Source: Candidatus Falkowbacteria bacterium (GTDB lineage: Bacteria > Patescibacteriota > Patescibacteriia > CAIXNZ01). Taken from it: a stretch of 64,000 nt of DNA. This document shows positions 9,450 to 18,737 of this stretch, piece after piece. Each line of letters begins with the position of its first letter. The first letter of the stretch is position 1. The stretch is taken from positions 256,771 to 320,770 of the forward strand of contig CAVZGV010000003.1 of the NCBI GenBank assembly GCA_963774955.1. The letters are read 5' to 3'. The translations under genes were made by a program, and so were the position numbers. Below the pieces are notes generated by a model. That model was not told the DNA's origin, made no database searches, and was given only the letters and a program-made list of their open reading frames with translations.

Positions 9450-10361
9450 ATGGCCAGAAAAATAGTAAAATTTGGGGGCATTACCTGGGTAAATATTGAA
9501 AAATTTGATCAGGAGGAGGAGAAATACCTCCGGGAAAATTATAAATTTCATCCTTTAACCGTGAAAGATTGTTACGATATCAGCCAAAATGCCAAGGTGG
9601 ATTTTTATGAAAATTATCTTTTTTTAATTCTGCATTTTCCTCACTTGAATAAAGTTGAATTTCGTATTGGTATCAATGAACTGGCAATGTTTGTCGGCCC
9701 AGATTTTTTCATTACCGTAACCACGGGGAAATTTAAAAAAATTAGTAAATTATTTTTTTTAATCCAGCATAATTCCAAACTGAGGCAGGAGTATCTGTCT
9801 TCGGGCGTTAATTATCTGGCGTATATGGTTGTTAAAAGTCTTTTTGAAAAGGGAACCAGACCCATTAGTAATTATTTGAAGCAAAGAATAAGAGATATTG
9901 AAACAGAGATTTTTGAGGAAGGTAAACGTCAAACCTCGGTTAAAAAACTCGCTTTGATCCGACGCAATATTTTAAATTTTAGAAGTGTCTTGGAGCCGCA
10001 AAAGGCTGTGGTTAAAAGTTTGACCACGAGTAAATTATTGGCTGATTTTAAAGATTATTTTGATGATATTAATGACTATTTGGAGAAATTATGGTCGACT
10101 TCCGCCAATTACAAGGAGTTGATCGACGGGTTTAACGAAGCTAATGAATCTTTAATTTCTTTCCGGACCAATCAGATAATTACAACTTTGACGGTGATTT
10201 CTGTGGCTTTACTGCCTTTGACTTTGTTCTCCAGCATTTATGGTATGAATATTGAGCTGCCGTATGCTGAATATCCTCATGTGATTTGGGGCGTCTTTAT
10301 AACCGTCTTTGCCGCCATAATTATTTCACTTTTATATTTAAAGCGAAAAAATAGAATCTAA
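9450..10361 (+). CDS. corA: CorA-family Mg2+/Co2+ transporter
   Basis: Two C-terminal TMs with the YGMN signature (SIYGMNIELP). Confidence 0.93.
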   Translation: MARKIVKFGGITWVNIEKFDQEEEKYLRENYKFHPLTVKDCYDISQNAKVDFYENYLFLILHFPHLNKVEFRIGINELAMFVGPDFFITVTTGKFKKISKLFFLIQHNSKLRQEYLSSGVNYLAYMVVKSLFEKGTRPISNYLKQRIRDIETEIFEEGKRQTSVKKLALIRRNILNFRSVLEPQKAVVKSLTTSKLLADFKDYFDDINDYLEKLWSTSANYKELIDGFNEANESLISFRTNQIITTLTVISVALLPLTLFSSIYGMNIELPYAEYPHVIWGVFITVFAAIIISLLYLKRKNRI

Positions 10362-10366
10362 AATTT

Positions 10367-10933
10367 ATGTCAAAAATTCAAGTTGAAGTTTCAGCCCGTC
10401 ATTGTCATTTGAGCCAAAAAGATGCTGATACTTTGTTCGGTAAAAATTATCAGTTTAAAGTCATGAAAATGGTGTCCCAGCCTGGCCAGTTTGCCACGGT
10501 TGAGGAGGTTACGGTTAAAGGACCTAAAGGAGAATTTAAATTAAGAATAGTCGGGCCGATTCGTAACGATACTCAGGTGGAACTGGCGGTGACTGATTGT
10601 TTCCGTTTGGGTGTGAAGCCGATTATCAGGGTTTCCGGTGACATTAAAGGGACTTCAGGCGCAGTTTTGATCGGACCAAAAGGACAGGTGAGCATCAAGG
10701 AAGGTGTTATTGCGGCCCAAAGACATTTGCATATTGCTCCAGCTGAAGCCAAAGTCCTGAAAGTTAAAACCGGTCAAATTGTTTCTATGAAAATAAAAGG
10801 TCCCAGGGGTTTAATCTTTAATAATGTAATTGTGCGTTCAGGACCTGGTCATAAAAAGTCATTTCAGATTGATACTGATGAAGGCAATGCCTGCGGTTGG
10901 GTGCCGGGGATGACCGCGGATTTAATTGTGTAA
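10367..10933 (+). CDS. pduL: PduL-type phosphate acyltransferase (phosphotransacylase)
   Basis: VSARHCHLS, SQPGQF, GPIR..TQVE, AQRHLH and IDTDEGNA motifs of PduL/PTAC. Confidence 0.92.
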   Translation: MSKIQVEVSARHCHLSQKDADTLFGKNYQFKVMKMVSQPGQFATVEEVTVKGPKGEFKLRIVGPIRNDTQVELAVTDCFRLGVKPIIRVSGDIKGTSGAVLIGPKGQVSIKEGVIAAQRHLHIAPAEAKVLKVKTGQIVSMKIKGPRGLIFNNVIVRSGPGHKKSFQIDTDEGNACGWVPGMTADLIV

Positions 10934-11016
10934 GGCGAAAACGCCTACGGTTTTATAAACCGTAGGCGACACAAGCTTGTGTCGCCTACAAAAACATATT
11001 TTGGGCGTTTTCGCCC
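10930..11016. repeat. Nested REP-like palindrome cluster
   Basis: Perfect 28-bp palindrome gtaggcgacacaag/cttgtgtcgcctac (10962-10989); overlapping IR 10942-10953/10957-10968; outer IR 10934-10945/11004-11015. Confidence 0.8.
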
Positions 11017-11026
11017 GAACAACCTT

Positions 11027-11620
11027 ATGAATAAACAATTAGCTCGAGTAAAAATATTACTTACTGGCTATTTTAAATGGCTGAGTGTCTTTAAAAATAA
11101 ATTTAAAGCCAGCTCAACCGTGACTTTGATTCGTGATGGCCGTGTTAATATTTTGGTTGATACCGGTCATCATGAGGTTGAAAAAAAGTTAGTGGCAGCT
11201 TTAAAAAAGGAAGGCTTAAAGCCCAATGATATTCATTATGTGATTGTCTCTCATCATCATCCTGATCATGTGGCGAATAATCATTTATTTAAAAAAGCTA
11301 TTATTACTGATGTTCTGACCAGCTATAAGGGTGATCGGTTTAAGGTTGATTTGGACATATTATATAAAGGTAAAAATATAATTACGCCAAATGTCTATAT
11401 AATCAGCACACCCGGCCATGAACTGGATGAATGTACGGTTATGGCGAAAACTGAAAAGGGAATCATTGCTATTGTCGGTGATGTCTTTTGGTCTAAGCAA
11501 AGAGAAAGAAATATTATGGTCAAGGATAAGAAGGCTTTGGCTAAAAGTCAGGCTAAGGTTGTGAAATTAGCTGATTATGTAATTCCCGGACATGCGGGAA
11601 TGTTTAAAATTAGTAAATAG
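11027..11620 (+). CDS. MBL-fold metallo-hydrolase
   Basis: ILVDTG, SHHHPDH (HxHxDH), TPGH, GDVF and IPGH motifs; ATG at 11027 preferred over the upstream start inside the palindrome. Confidence 0.9.
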   Translation: MNKQLARVKILLTGYFKWLSVFKNKFKASSTVTLIRDGRVNILVDTGHHEVEKKLVAALKKEGLKPNDIHYVIVSHHHPDHVANNHLFKKAIITDVLTSYKGDRFKVDLDILYKGKNIITPNVYIISTPGHELDECTVMAKTEKGIIAIVGDVFWSKQRERNIMVKDKKALAKSQAKVVKLADYVIPGHAGMFKISK

Positions 11621-11621
11621 T

Positions 11622-11720
11622 ACGAGGTGTATAGGTTAGGAATCTAGTTAAGTTAACGGTGTATTGTGTTGTACTATTCACTAAACACCTAACTTACATC
11701 TTAACCCTAATACTAAGCAC
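11622..11720. repeat. Short periodic imperfect palindrome (intergenic)
   Basis: Left arm taggttag/tagttaag units; right arm ctaaac/cctaac/cttaac/cctaat/actaag units. Confidence 0.45.
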
Positions 11721-11765
11721 CAATTATAAGATTATAAAAATTTGATTAGTTAATACTATCAATTT

Positions 11766-12899
11766 ATGAAAGTTAAATATATTTTAGTTCTCAATGCGGG
11801 CAGTGCGACACTAAAGTTTAAAATTTTTAATTTCTCTGATTTAAAATTGGTTAAAGAGGGGATTATTGAGCGCATCGGACTGATGAATTCTTTTATCAGA
11901 ATTGGAGACAAAAAAGAAGTTTACGAAGTGGAAACTCATGAGCAGGCTTTCCGTCTTTTGATTTCTAAAATAGAAGATCTTAAAGATAACATTGTTCTGA
12001 TCGGACACCGTGTAGTTCATGGCGGCGAAGAATTTACTAAGCCGACCCTGATTACCAAAAAGCTCCTGAAAAAACTGGAAAAGTATAATAAACTGGCGCC
12101 TTTGCATAATCCCGTGGGTATTAGCTGTATTAAAGCCAGTCAAAAATATATGCCCCAGGCCGCTGATGTGGCTGTTTTTGATACCGGGTTTTATCAGACT
12201 TTGCCCAAGCATGCTTTTATTTATGCCATACCTTTGAAATATTATAACCGCGATAAAATCAGGCGTTATGGTTTTCATGGTATTTCTCATCAGTACATTG
12301 CCGGTCAGGCGGCTTTGAAACTGAAAAAGCCGTTATCTAAATTAAATCTGATAACCTGCCATTTGGGTTCCGGCTGCAGTATTACGGCGATTAAAAACGG
12401 CCAGGCAGTCGATACTTCCATGGGCTTTACACCGCTTGAGGGTCTGGTCATGTCCACCCGCAGCGGTAGTATTGATCCTGCGATTCCTTTGTATTTAATG
12501 CGCAAGGAAAAAATGACTGAAGATGAGATTAATGACCTTTTAAATAAGCGTTCAGGCATTTTTGGCTTATCAGGCAGTATGGATATGCGCGAACTTTTAA
12601 GCAAGGCCGGTTTTAGCGTTAACGGTTTTAAATTAACCGGGAAAATTAAGGCTAAAGACAAGGAAATTGCCAAGTTGACATTGGACATTTTTGTCTATAA
12701 TATAAAGAAGTATATAGGCGCCTATGCGGCAATTCTCGGCAAGATAGATGCTGTGGTTTTTACGGGCGGGATTGGAGAACGAAGCGAAATTATCCGCAGT
12801 TTAATTCTGAAAGATTTACCGAAATATCTCAGTTTAGTTATTCCGGCTAATGAGGAAAAATTAATTGCTGAGCAGTCTAAACAGTTAGTAAGGGATTAG
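11766..12899 (+). CDS. ackA: Acetate kinase
   Basis: LVLNAGS.TLK, GHRVVHGG, LAPLHNP, RYGFHGISH, HLGSGCS, SMGFTPLEG and FTGGIGE motifs. Confidence 0.97.
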   Translation: MKVKYILVLNAGSATLKFKIFNFSDLKLVKEGIIERIGLMNSFIRIGDKKEVYEVETHEQAFRLLISKIEDLKDNIVLIGHRVVHGGEEFTKPTLITKKLLKKLEKYNKLAPLHNPVGISCIKASQKYMPQAADVAVFDTGFYQTLPKHAFIYAIPLKYYNRDKIRRYGFHGISHQYIAGQAALKLKKPLSKLNLITCHLGSGCSITAIKNGQAVDTSMGFTPLEGLVMSTRSGSIDPAIPLYLMRKEKMTEDEINDLLNKRSGIFGLSGSMDMRELLSKAGFSVNGFKLTGKIKAKDKEIAKLTLDIFVYNIKKYIGAYAAILGKIDAVVFTGGIGERSEIIRSLILKDLPKYLSLVIPANEEKLIAEQSKQLVRD

Positions 12900-12949
12900 G
12901 GGTGAGGTAATCTGGTCTTTGAGCGAAAAGTTTTTATTTATATAAAAAT

Positions 12950-13813
12950 ATGAAAAATAATTATAAAATTATTTTATTACTACTGGTGCTGATAATAGCG
13001 CCATTCTTAATGTTTGGGGTAGATCAGGTTTTGGCGCAGCCGGCTGAAAATAGTGTGCTTTGTGAGGCCGGCAATAACGGTTGTACCCAGCAGGGTTTGC
13101 AATTGGCGACTATGCTGGAAAACAGGGGTATAAGTTTCGCCTTGATCGCCACAGCAGGTCTTTTGGATGGAGTTAATCCCTGTGCCATTGGCATGCTGAT
13201 TTTATTACTGGGGTATTTGCTGGTTTTTGTTCATGATACACATCGCATGGTCAGGCTAGGTTTAATTTATATCGTGACAGTTTTTGCCACTTACTTTTTA
13301 ATTGGTATAGCTTTTTCTCAGTTTGTTTATCAATTATTAGCTCAGTCATGGTATCAGGAAATTTCTCATATTATTAAATATATTATTATAGCGGCGATCT
13401 GGATGGCCGCAATTATTAATATCAAAGATTTTTTTGCCTACGGCAAATGGTTTTCTTTGGGCGTTTCCAAGGGCGAGGTTCCGTTGTTACTAAAGTTGAT
13501 TAAAAAGGTTGACTGGCATACGACGATTTTATTAGGTATTGCGGTTACTATTTTTGAACTGCCTTGTTCTCTGCCATTGTACGTCGGTTCGATCGCAATT
13601 ATGACGCAAACTTTTCACTACGTAAAAACCATATTATATCTTTTGGTTTATAATTTGATGTTTATTACGCCTTTGTTTATTGTTTACGCAATTTTAGTAA
13701 AAACCCATCATATATTTGAAGCTAAAGATGTCCAGGAAAAGTTTAATAAATGGATGAAATTGAGTATGGGGATAGCGCAGGTTTTAATTGGCATAGGTTT
13801 ATTATTATTGTAA
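12950..13813 (+). CDS. CcdA/DsbD-like transmembrane electron-transfer protein
   Basis: GLLDGVNPCA and FELPCS redox cysteine motifs within a multi-TM protein. Confidence 0.75.
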   Translation: MKNNYKIILLLLVLIIAPFLMFGVDQVLAQPAENSVLCEAGNNGCTQQGLQLATMLENRGISFALIATAGLLDGVNPCAIGMLILLLGYLLVFVHDTHRMVRLGLIYIVTVFATYFLIGIAFSQFVYQLLAQSWYQEISHIIKYIIIAAIWMAAIINIKDFFAYGKWFSLGVSKGEVPLLLKLIKKVDWHTTILLGIAVTIFELPCSLPLYVGSIAIMTQTFHYVKTILYLLVYNLMFITPLFIVYAILVKTHHIFEAKDVQEKFNKWMKLSMGIAQVLIGIGLLLL

Positions 13814-13829
13814 TAAGTCATTTATTAGA

Positions 13830-13960
13830 ATAACCAAACTACAAGCATCAACCTCCAAATAAATCACAAATTCTAAGTACTAAAATTAAAGATTAATTTG
13901 TAATTTAAGATTTGGGATTCGGAGATTATTTGGGATTTGGGATTTGGTTTTTGAAGCTTT
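13830..13960. repeat. About 7-bp periodic imperfect palindrome (intergenic)
   Basis: Left arm accaaac/tacaagc/tccaaat/cacaaat; right arm atttggg/attcgga/atttggg/atttggg/atttggt. Confidence 0.65.
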
Positions 13961-13970
13961 ACACGAATTT

Positions 13971-15623
13971 ATGATCAAGAGTCTAATTAACGGTGAATCA
14001 AAGACAATTACCTCAGCAGCGATTATAGTGGGCGCGGCTTCATTGGCAAGCCGTTTTTTAGGTGTAGTCAGAGATAGGATTTTAGCTGGTGAATTTGGTG
14101 CCGGCGATACCTTGGACGCATATTATGCCGCCTTCAGAATCCCTGATTTGATTTTTAATCTTTTAGTCTTGGGAGCTTTGTCAGCCGGTTTTATCCCAAT
14201 TTTCACTTTATATTTACAGCGACAGGAAAATGACAAAGCCTGGCGTTTGACCAATGAGATTTTGAATATGTTAATTGTCGGTCTGTTGGTCTTATGCTGT
14301 TTGCTTTTTATTTTTGCTCCGCAATTGATGAAAGTCATCACGCCTGGTTTTAGCAGTGACAAAATAGCTACCGCCGTTACCTTAACTCGGATTATGTTTT
14401 TAAGTCCGATACTTTTGGGAATCAGTAGCGTTATGGGCGGAATTTTACAGTCTTTCAAAAGATTTTTTGTTTATTCTCTTGCCCCCATCTTTTATAATCT
14501 GGGAATCGTTTTTGGTGCACTAGTTTTTGTGCCCTGGTGGGGGATTAAAGGCTTGGCCTGGGGGGTGGTTTTGGGAGCTTTTTTACACTTACTCGTTCAA
14601 ATCCCCACCTGTACCTGGTTAGGTTACCGTTATCAATTAGTTCTAAATTTTAAAGACGAGGCGATTAAAAAAATCGGTAAAATAATGGTGCCCAGAACTC
14701 TGACTTTGGGTATTAATCAGCTAAATCTTGTTGTTATTACAATTATTGCCTCAACCCTGGCGGGCGGATCTTTGGCCATATTTAATCTGGCTAATAATTT
14801 ACAGGTTTTTCCGGTCGGCATTTTCGGGATTTCTTTTGCGATTGCTGCTTTCCCGACGCTGGCGGCTTTGGCGATTAAAGATGATAAAAAGGAATTTATT
14901 CATAGTTTTTCCAATACAACTCGTCAGATATTATTTTTTATAATACCGGCGTCAGTTTTGCTTTTAGTTTTACGCGCCCAGATCGTGCGTGTGATATTAG
15001 GTTCAGGTCAGTTTACCTGGGAGGACACAGTTTTAACCATAGATACTTTAGCGATGTTTACGATCAGTTTGTTTGCTCAGGCTTTGATTCCTCTACTGAT
15101 TCGCGGGTTTTATGCTTTTCAAAATTCTTTAACGCCATTCATTTTGGGTATGGCAGCTTCGGTTTTAAATATAATTCTAAGCTTGATTTTAATTAAGCCG
15201 TTTACGTTTTTAGGTTACAATTTTGATTTGGGCATCAGCGGCTTAGCCCTGGCTTTTTCTATCTCCACTATTTTTAATTTCGCCTTATTGTGGATTGGCT
15301 TGAGAATTCGGGCCGGAAGCTTGGATGAGAAACACGTTATCTGGTCAGTTTTTAAAATTTCACTGGCAACTTTGGCTATGGCCATGGTGACCCAGTTTAT
15401 GAAATTCGGCATTGAGCCATATTTTGGCACTACGACATTTCTAGGTATATTTTTGCAGGGTTTAATCGCCGGGCTGGTCGGTATTGCCGTATTTATTGTT
15501 GCCGGTTTAGCCTTGAAGTCTCAGGAAATGATTACTTTTGTTGACTCTATGAAAAAACGTATTTTTAAGGAAAAAAGTTTTTATCCTAAAGAAAATATTG
15601 ATGAAAACGTGGAAGTTAAGTAA
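13971..15623 (+). CDS. murJ: Lipid II flippase MurJ (MviN)
   Basis: SRFLGVVRD, DAYYAAFRIPD, GALSAGFIP and PVGIFG motifs; many TMs; ATG at 13971. Confidence 0.96.
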   Translation: MIKSLINGESKTITSAAIIVGAASLASRFLGVVRDRILAGEFGAGDTLDAYYAAFRIPDLIFNLLVLGALSAGFIPIFTLYLQRQENDKAWRLTNEILNMLIVGLLVLCCLLFIFAPQLMKVITPGFSSDKIATAVTLTRIMFLSPILLGISSVMGGILQSFKRFFVYSLAPIFYNLGIVFGALVFVPWWGIKGLAWGVVLGAFLHLLVQIPTCTWLGYRYQLVLNFKDEAIKKIGKIMVPRTLTLGINQLNLVVITIIASTLAGGSLAIFNLANNLQVFPVGIFGISFAIAAFPTLAALAIKDDKKEFIHSFSNTTRQILFFIIPASVLLLVLRAQIVRVILGSGQFTWEDTVLTIDTLAMFTISLFAQALIPLLIRGFYAFQNSLTPFILGMAASVLNIILSLILIKPFTFLGYNFDLGISGLALAFSISTIFNFALLWIGLRIRAGSLDEKHVIWSVFKISLATLAMAMVTQFMKFGIEPYFGTTTFLGIFLQGLIAGLVGIAVFIVAGLALKSQEMITFVDSMKKRIFKEKSFYPKENIDENVEVK

Positions 15624-15685
15624 CAGCTATAAGCTTATTTAATCAAGGCCTTTTGGGGCAGAATTTAAAAGATCAGGGAGGGAAC

Positions 15686-15916
15686 ATGGATATTTTTTTA
15701 AATTGGGTTGCGAAGGTTTTGGTTTTTATTTTAGATTTGTTCCTTGGAAATCCGTCGGCAGCTGCAACGGAAGAAAAAAACAAAAAAAAGGTGCAGTCTG
15801 AGTCTCCTAAATCCGGAGCCAACTGCCATTTGTGTTCTCGCTGGGTCGATGATGCACATCCCAAAGGGGAATTTGTGGTTTGCGAACATTGTCTGACCCT
15901 CAAGCCGAGCCAATAG
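15686..15916 (+). CDS. Small hypothetical protein with N-terminal hydrophobic segment and CxxC..CxxC
   Basis: GGAGG SD before ATG 15686; CHLC and CEHC; terminator hairpin at 15902-15927. Confidence 0.55.
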   Translation: MDIFLNWVAKVLVFILDLFLGNPSAAATEEKNKKKVQSESPKSGANCHLCSRWVDDAHPKGEFVVCEHCLTLKPSQ

Positions 15917-15929
15917 CTCGGCTTTTTAA

Positions 15930-16042
15930 TTAATGCGAATGGCTAGATAAACTATTGGAACGAAAGTAATTTGAGGCATGCGAATGGGTTTATAAATGAA
16001 TGAAATTTGTAATTCGTAGATAATTTGTACATTTGTAGCTTA
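15930..16042. repeat. tacaaat/atttgta-type periodic palindrome
   Basis: Right arm atttgta-attcgta-atttgta-atttgta; degenerate left arm tgcgaat..aacgaaa..tgcgaat. Confidence 0.55.
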
Positions 16043-16046
16043 ACGT

Positions 16047-16108
16047 TTGACTTTCTTTCTTTGTTATGATAAATTTTAATTCAAAATCAGTACTTTTTAA
16101 AAGGGAGG
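16047..16108 (+). promoter_or_regulatory. sigma70-type promoter, boxA-like motif and SD
   Basis: TTGACT (16047-16052), 17 bp, TGaTAAATT, gtactttttaaaa, GGGAGG (16103-16108). Confidence 0.6.
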
Positions 16109-16114
16109 TTAAGC

Positions 16115-16522
16115 ATGATAGATTATAATGAAAATGATTTAAGGGAATTTTTAGCAAGTTTAGGTTGGCCAGAAGAAATGATTGAAAAATGGTTTGAAGA
16201 AGTGAAGGCAAGACCACCTAATCCTGTGTTAGAAAAAATTGTAAGCATTGTGGCTGCAGTAAAGGAATATGTAGAAAAGCAACTAAATGAATTCTATGAT
16301 GACTTATATGTAAAGACTGGCAGAGGAACGCTTTTGCCTAGTGAGTGCATTGAGATTCTTTTGCCGTTTGAAATCGCAAAGGCCTGGATAGATCTAGAAA
16401 GAAAACCGTTGAATCAGCTTACACTTTGCGAAGGATATGTGGCAAAGGGTTGGAAAATGGTTTGGGTGGAAGAGAGGATAAATTCAAATGACAAAGAATT
16501 TGTCATTGTTTTTCAGGCTTAA
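16115..16522 (+). CDS. Hypothetical acidic protein (orphan)
   Basis: 135 aa ORF with promoter, SD and terminator (16528-16560). Confidence 0.7.
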   Translation: MIDYNENDLREFLASLGWPEEMIEKWFEEVKARPPNPVLEKIVSIVAAVKEYVEKQLNEFYDDLYVKTGRGTLLPSECIEILLPFEIAKAWIDLERKPLNQLTLCEGYVAKGWKMVWVEERINSNDKEFVIVFQA

Positions 16523-16576
16523 TATTGAGGGAGAAATAGTTGATTCTCTCTCTTTTTTTTGCTAAGATAACTTTAT

Positions 16577-18451
16577 ATGAATTCGAGTAATATTCGCAAT
16601 TTCTGTATTATCGCGCATATTGATCACGGTAAGTCCACTTTGGCTGACCGTTTTTTGGAATTGACCGGGACTGTGGAAAAAAGGAATATGAAAGCTCAGA
16701 TTTTGGATGCTATGGATTTGGAACGGGAAAGGGGAATTACCATCAAACTTAACGCCTGTACAGATGAAATATCAGGAGTATGTTTTGAATTTAATTGATA
16801 CTCCCGGCCATGTTGATTTTACTTATGAAGTTTCGCGTTCTTTAGCTTGTGTTGAAGGGGCGATTCTTTTGGTTGACGCGACACAGGGTATTCAGGCTCA
16901 GACAATTGCCAATTTGTATTTGGCTCTGGAACAGAATTTAACCATTATTCCGGTTATTAATAAAATTGATTTGCCCAATGCCGAGGTAGACTAAAACTAA
17001 AATGGAAATTATTAATTTGCTGGGTTGTAAGGAAGATGAGATTTTAATGTGTTCAGCCAAAACAGGGGAGGGTGTCAAGGAAATTTTGGATGAGGTTATT
17101 AAAAAAGTTCCCGCACCATTGACTAACACAGTAAGAGCCTTTTCGCGCTTTAATTTTTGATTCTTTTTATGATGAATATAAAGGCGTGATTGTTTATGTT
17201 CGGGTTTTTGACGGAGAATTAAAAAAGGGTCAACCGATATACTTTTATTGCCAGTCAGACTATCAACCGAAACGTTGGAAGTGGGCAGTATGAGACATCA
17301 AATTAGTTCCCGATGAAATTTATGCAGCCGGTCAGATCGGTTATATTGTGACTGGTTTGAAAGAAGTGGAAAAATCTCGTGTCGGCGATACTATTACTTT
17401 AAAAGGTGCTAGAAGTTGAACCTTTGCCTGGTTATAAAGAAGTTCGGCCAATGGTTTTTGCCGGTATTTTTTGTAAAGAAGGCAGTGAATTTAATCAGTT
17501 TACGTGAAGCAGTCAATAAATTAAAATTAAATGATGCGGCTTTGTTTTTTGAACCGGAACATTCTTCAGCCTTGGGTTTTGGTTTTCGCTGCGGTTTTTT
17601 GGGCTTGCTGCATTTGGAAATTTTTCAGGAACGATTAAAGCGGGAATTTAATTTGGATTTAATTGTGACAGTGCCTAGTGTTGGCTTATAAAGTAACTTT
17701 AAAATCAGCAGGTTTGAAAAAGGAACTGGAAGCCAAATTAAAAAGCCGGGACTTTTTGGCAGAAAATTTGGAAGCTAATCAGATTGTTATTAAAAGTCCG
17801 ATTGATTTACCAGATCCAAATTATATTGAAAAAATTGAAGAACCAATGATTAAAGTTGATATTGTTTCGCCCAAGGATTTTATGGGCGGTATTATGCAGT
17901 TAGTGGCGGAAAAACGAGGTGAATATATTAATACTGAATATCTGTATGTCAGTAGCTGAAATTGATCAGCGGGTGATTTTGCATTATAAAATGCCCTTGG
18001 CTTCAATTTTGACTGATTTTTACGATAAATTAAAAAGTCTTAGTTCTGGTTATGCTTCTTTGAATTATGAATTTATGCGGTTATCAACAGGCTGAAGTTG
18101 AACGTTTGGATATTTTTGTGGCAGAAGAAATAGTAGAATCATTGGCAATTATTGTTTATAAAGATGATGCTTATAAGGTCGGCAAAAAAATAGTTGAATA
18201 CTCTGAAAGAAAGTCTGCCCAAACAATGGTTTGTGGTTAAATTGCAAGCAGCAGTTGGCGGTAAGATTATGGCCAGTGAACGTTTGGGCGCTTATCGTAA
18301 AGATGTGATTGCCAAGCTTTATGGTGGTGATGTTACCCGTAAAAATAAACTTTTGGATAAACAGAAAAAAGGCAAAAAGAAAATGGCCGAACTCGGCGCC
18401 GGGTCAGTGGATATTCCGACCGAGACATTTTTGAAAATATTGAAGCGATAG
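16577..18451 (+). pseudogene. lepA: Elongation factor 4 (LepA), interrupted by about 12 +1 frameshifts (probable assembly artefact)
   Basis: [43 protein letters not shown] and [27 protein letters not shown] found in successive frames. Confidence 0.93.
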
Positions 18452-18454
18452 TGG

Positions 18455-18590
18455 TTGGTAATTGGTTAATGATTAATTTTTAATTTATAATTTTTAGTTA
18501 ACAAAAAATTATTTAAAATTTAATGAAAACATTTCGGCATTAGAAATTTATTAAAAATTAGTAATTAATAATTAAAAATTTAGTCAAATA
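18455..18590. repeat. AT-rich about 7-bp periodic imperfect palindrome
   Basis: aattttt/aatttat/aattttt left arm; agaaatt/aaaaatt/agtaatt/aataatt/aaaaatt right arm. Confidence 0.45.
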
Positions 18591-18614
18591 TTTATTTTTT
18601 GCTATAATAACTAC

Positions 18615-18713
18615 ATGAAAAAGAATAACATAATCAAAATCGTCTGGATCTTCCTCAGTATTATTGTGGTTTTATCCATGCTGATCTGGACAATCGGACC
18701 AGGCTTATTTTAG
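18615..18713 (+). CDS. 32-aa single-TM small protein (not in ORF track)
   Basis: MKKNNIIKIVWIFLSIIVVLSMLIWTIGPGLF*; ATG lies 7 nt after TGcTATAAT (leaderless start), directly upstream of recJ. Confidence 0.6.
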   Translation: MKKNNIIKIVWIFLSIIVVLSMLIWTIGPGLF

Positions 18714-18737
18714 ATTTAATTAATTATTTATAATCTC

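Noticed and set aside
16577-18451. Alternative genetic code or programmed frameshifting to explain lepA
   Set aside because: The breaks are frame changes, not in-frame stops; there is no common slippery motif; all other genes read normally in code 11
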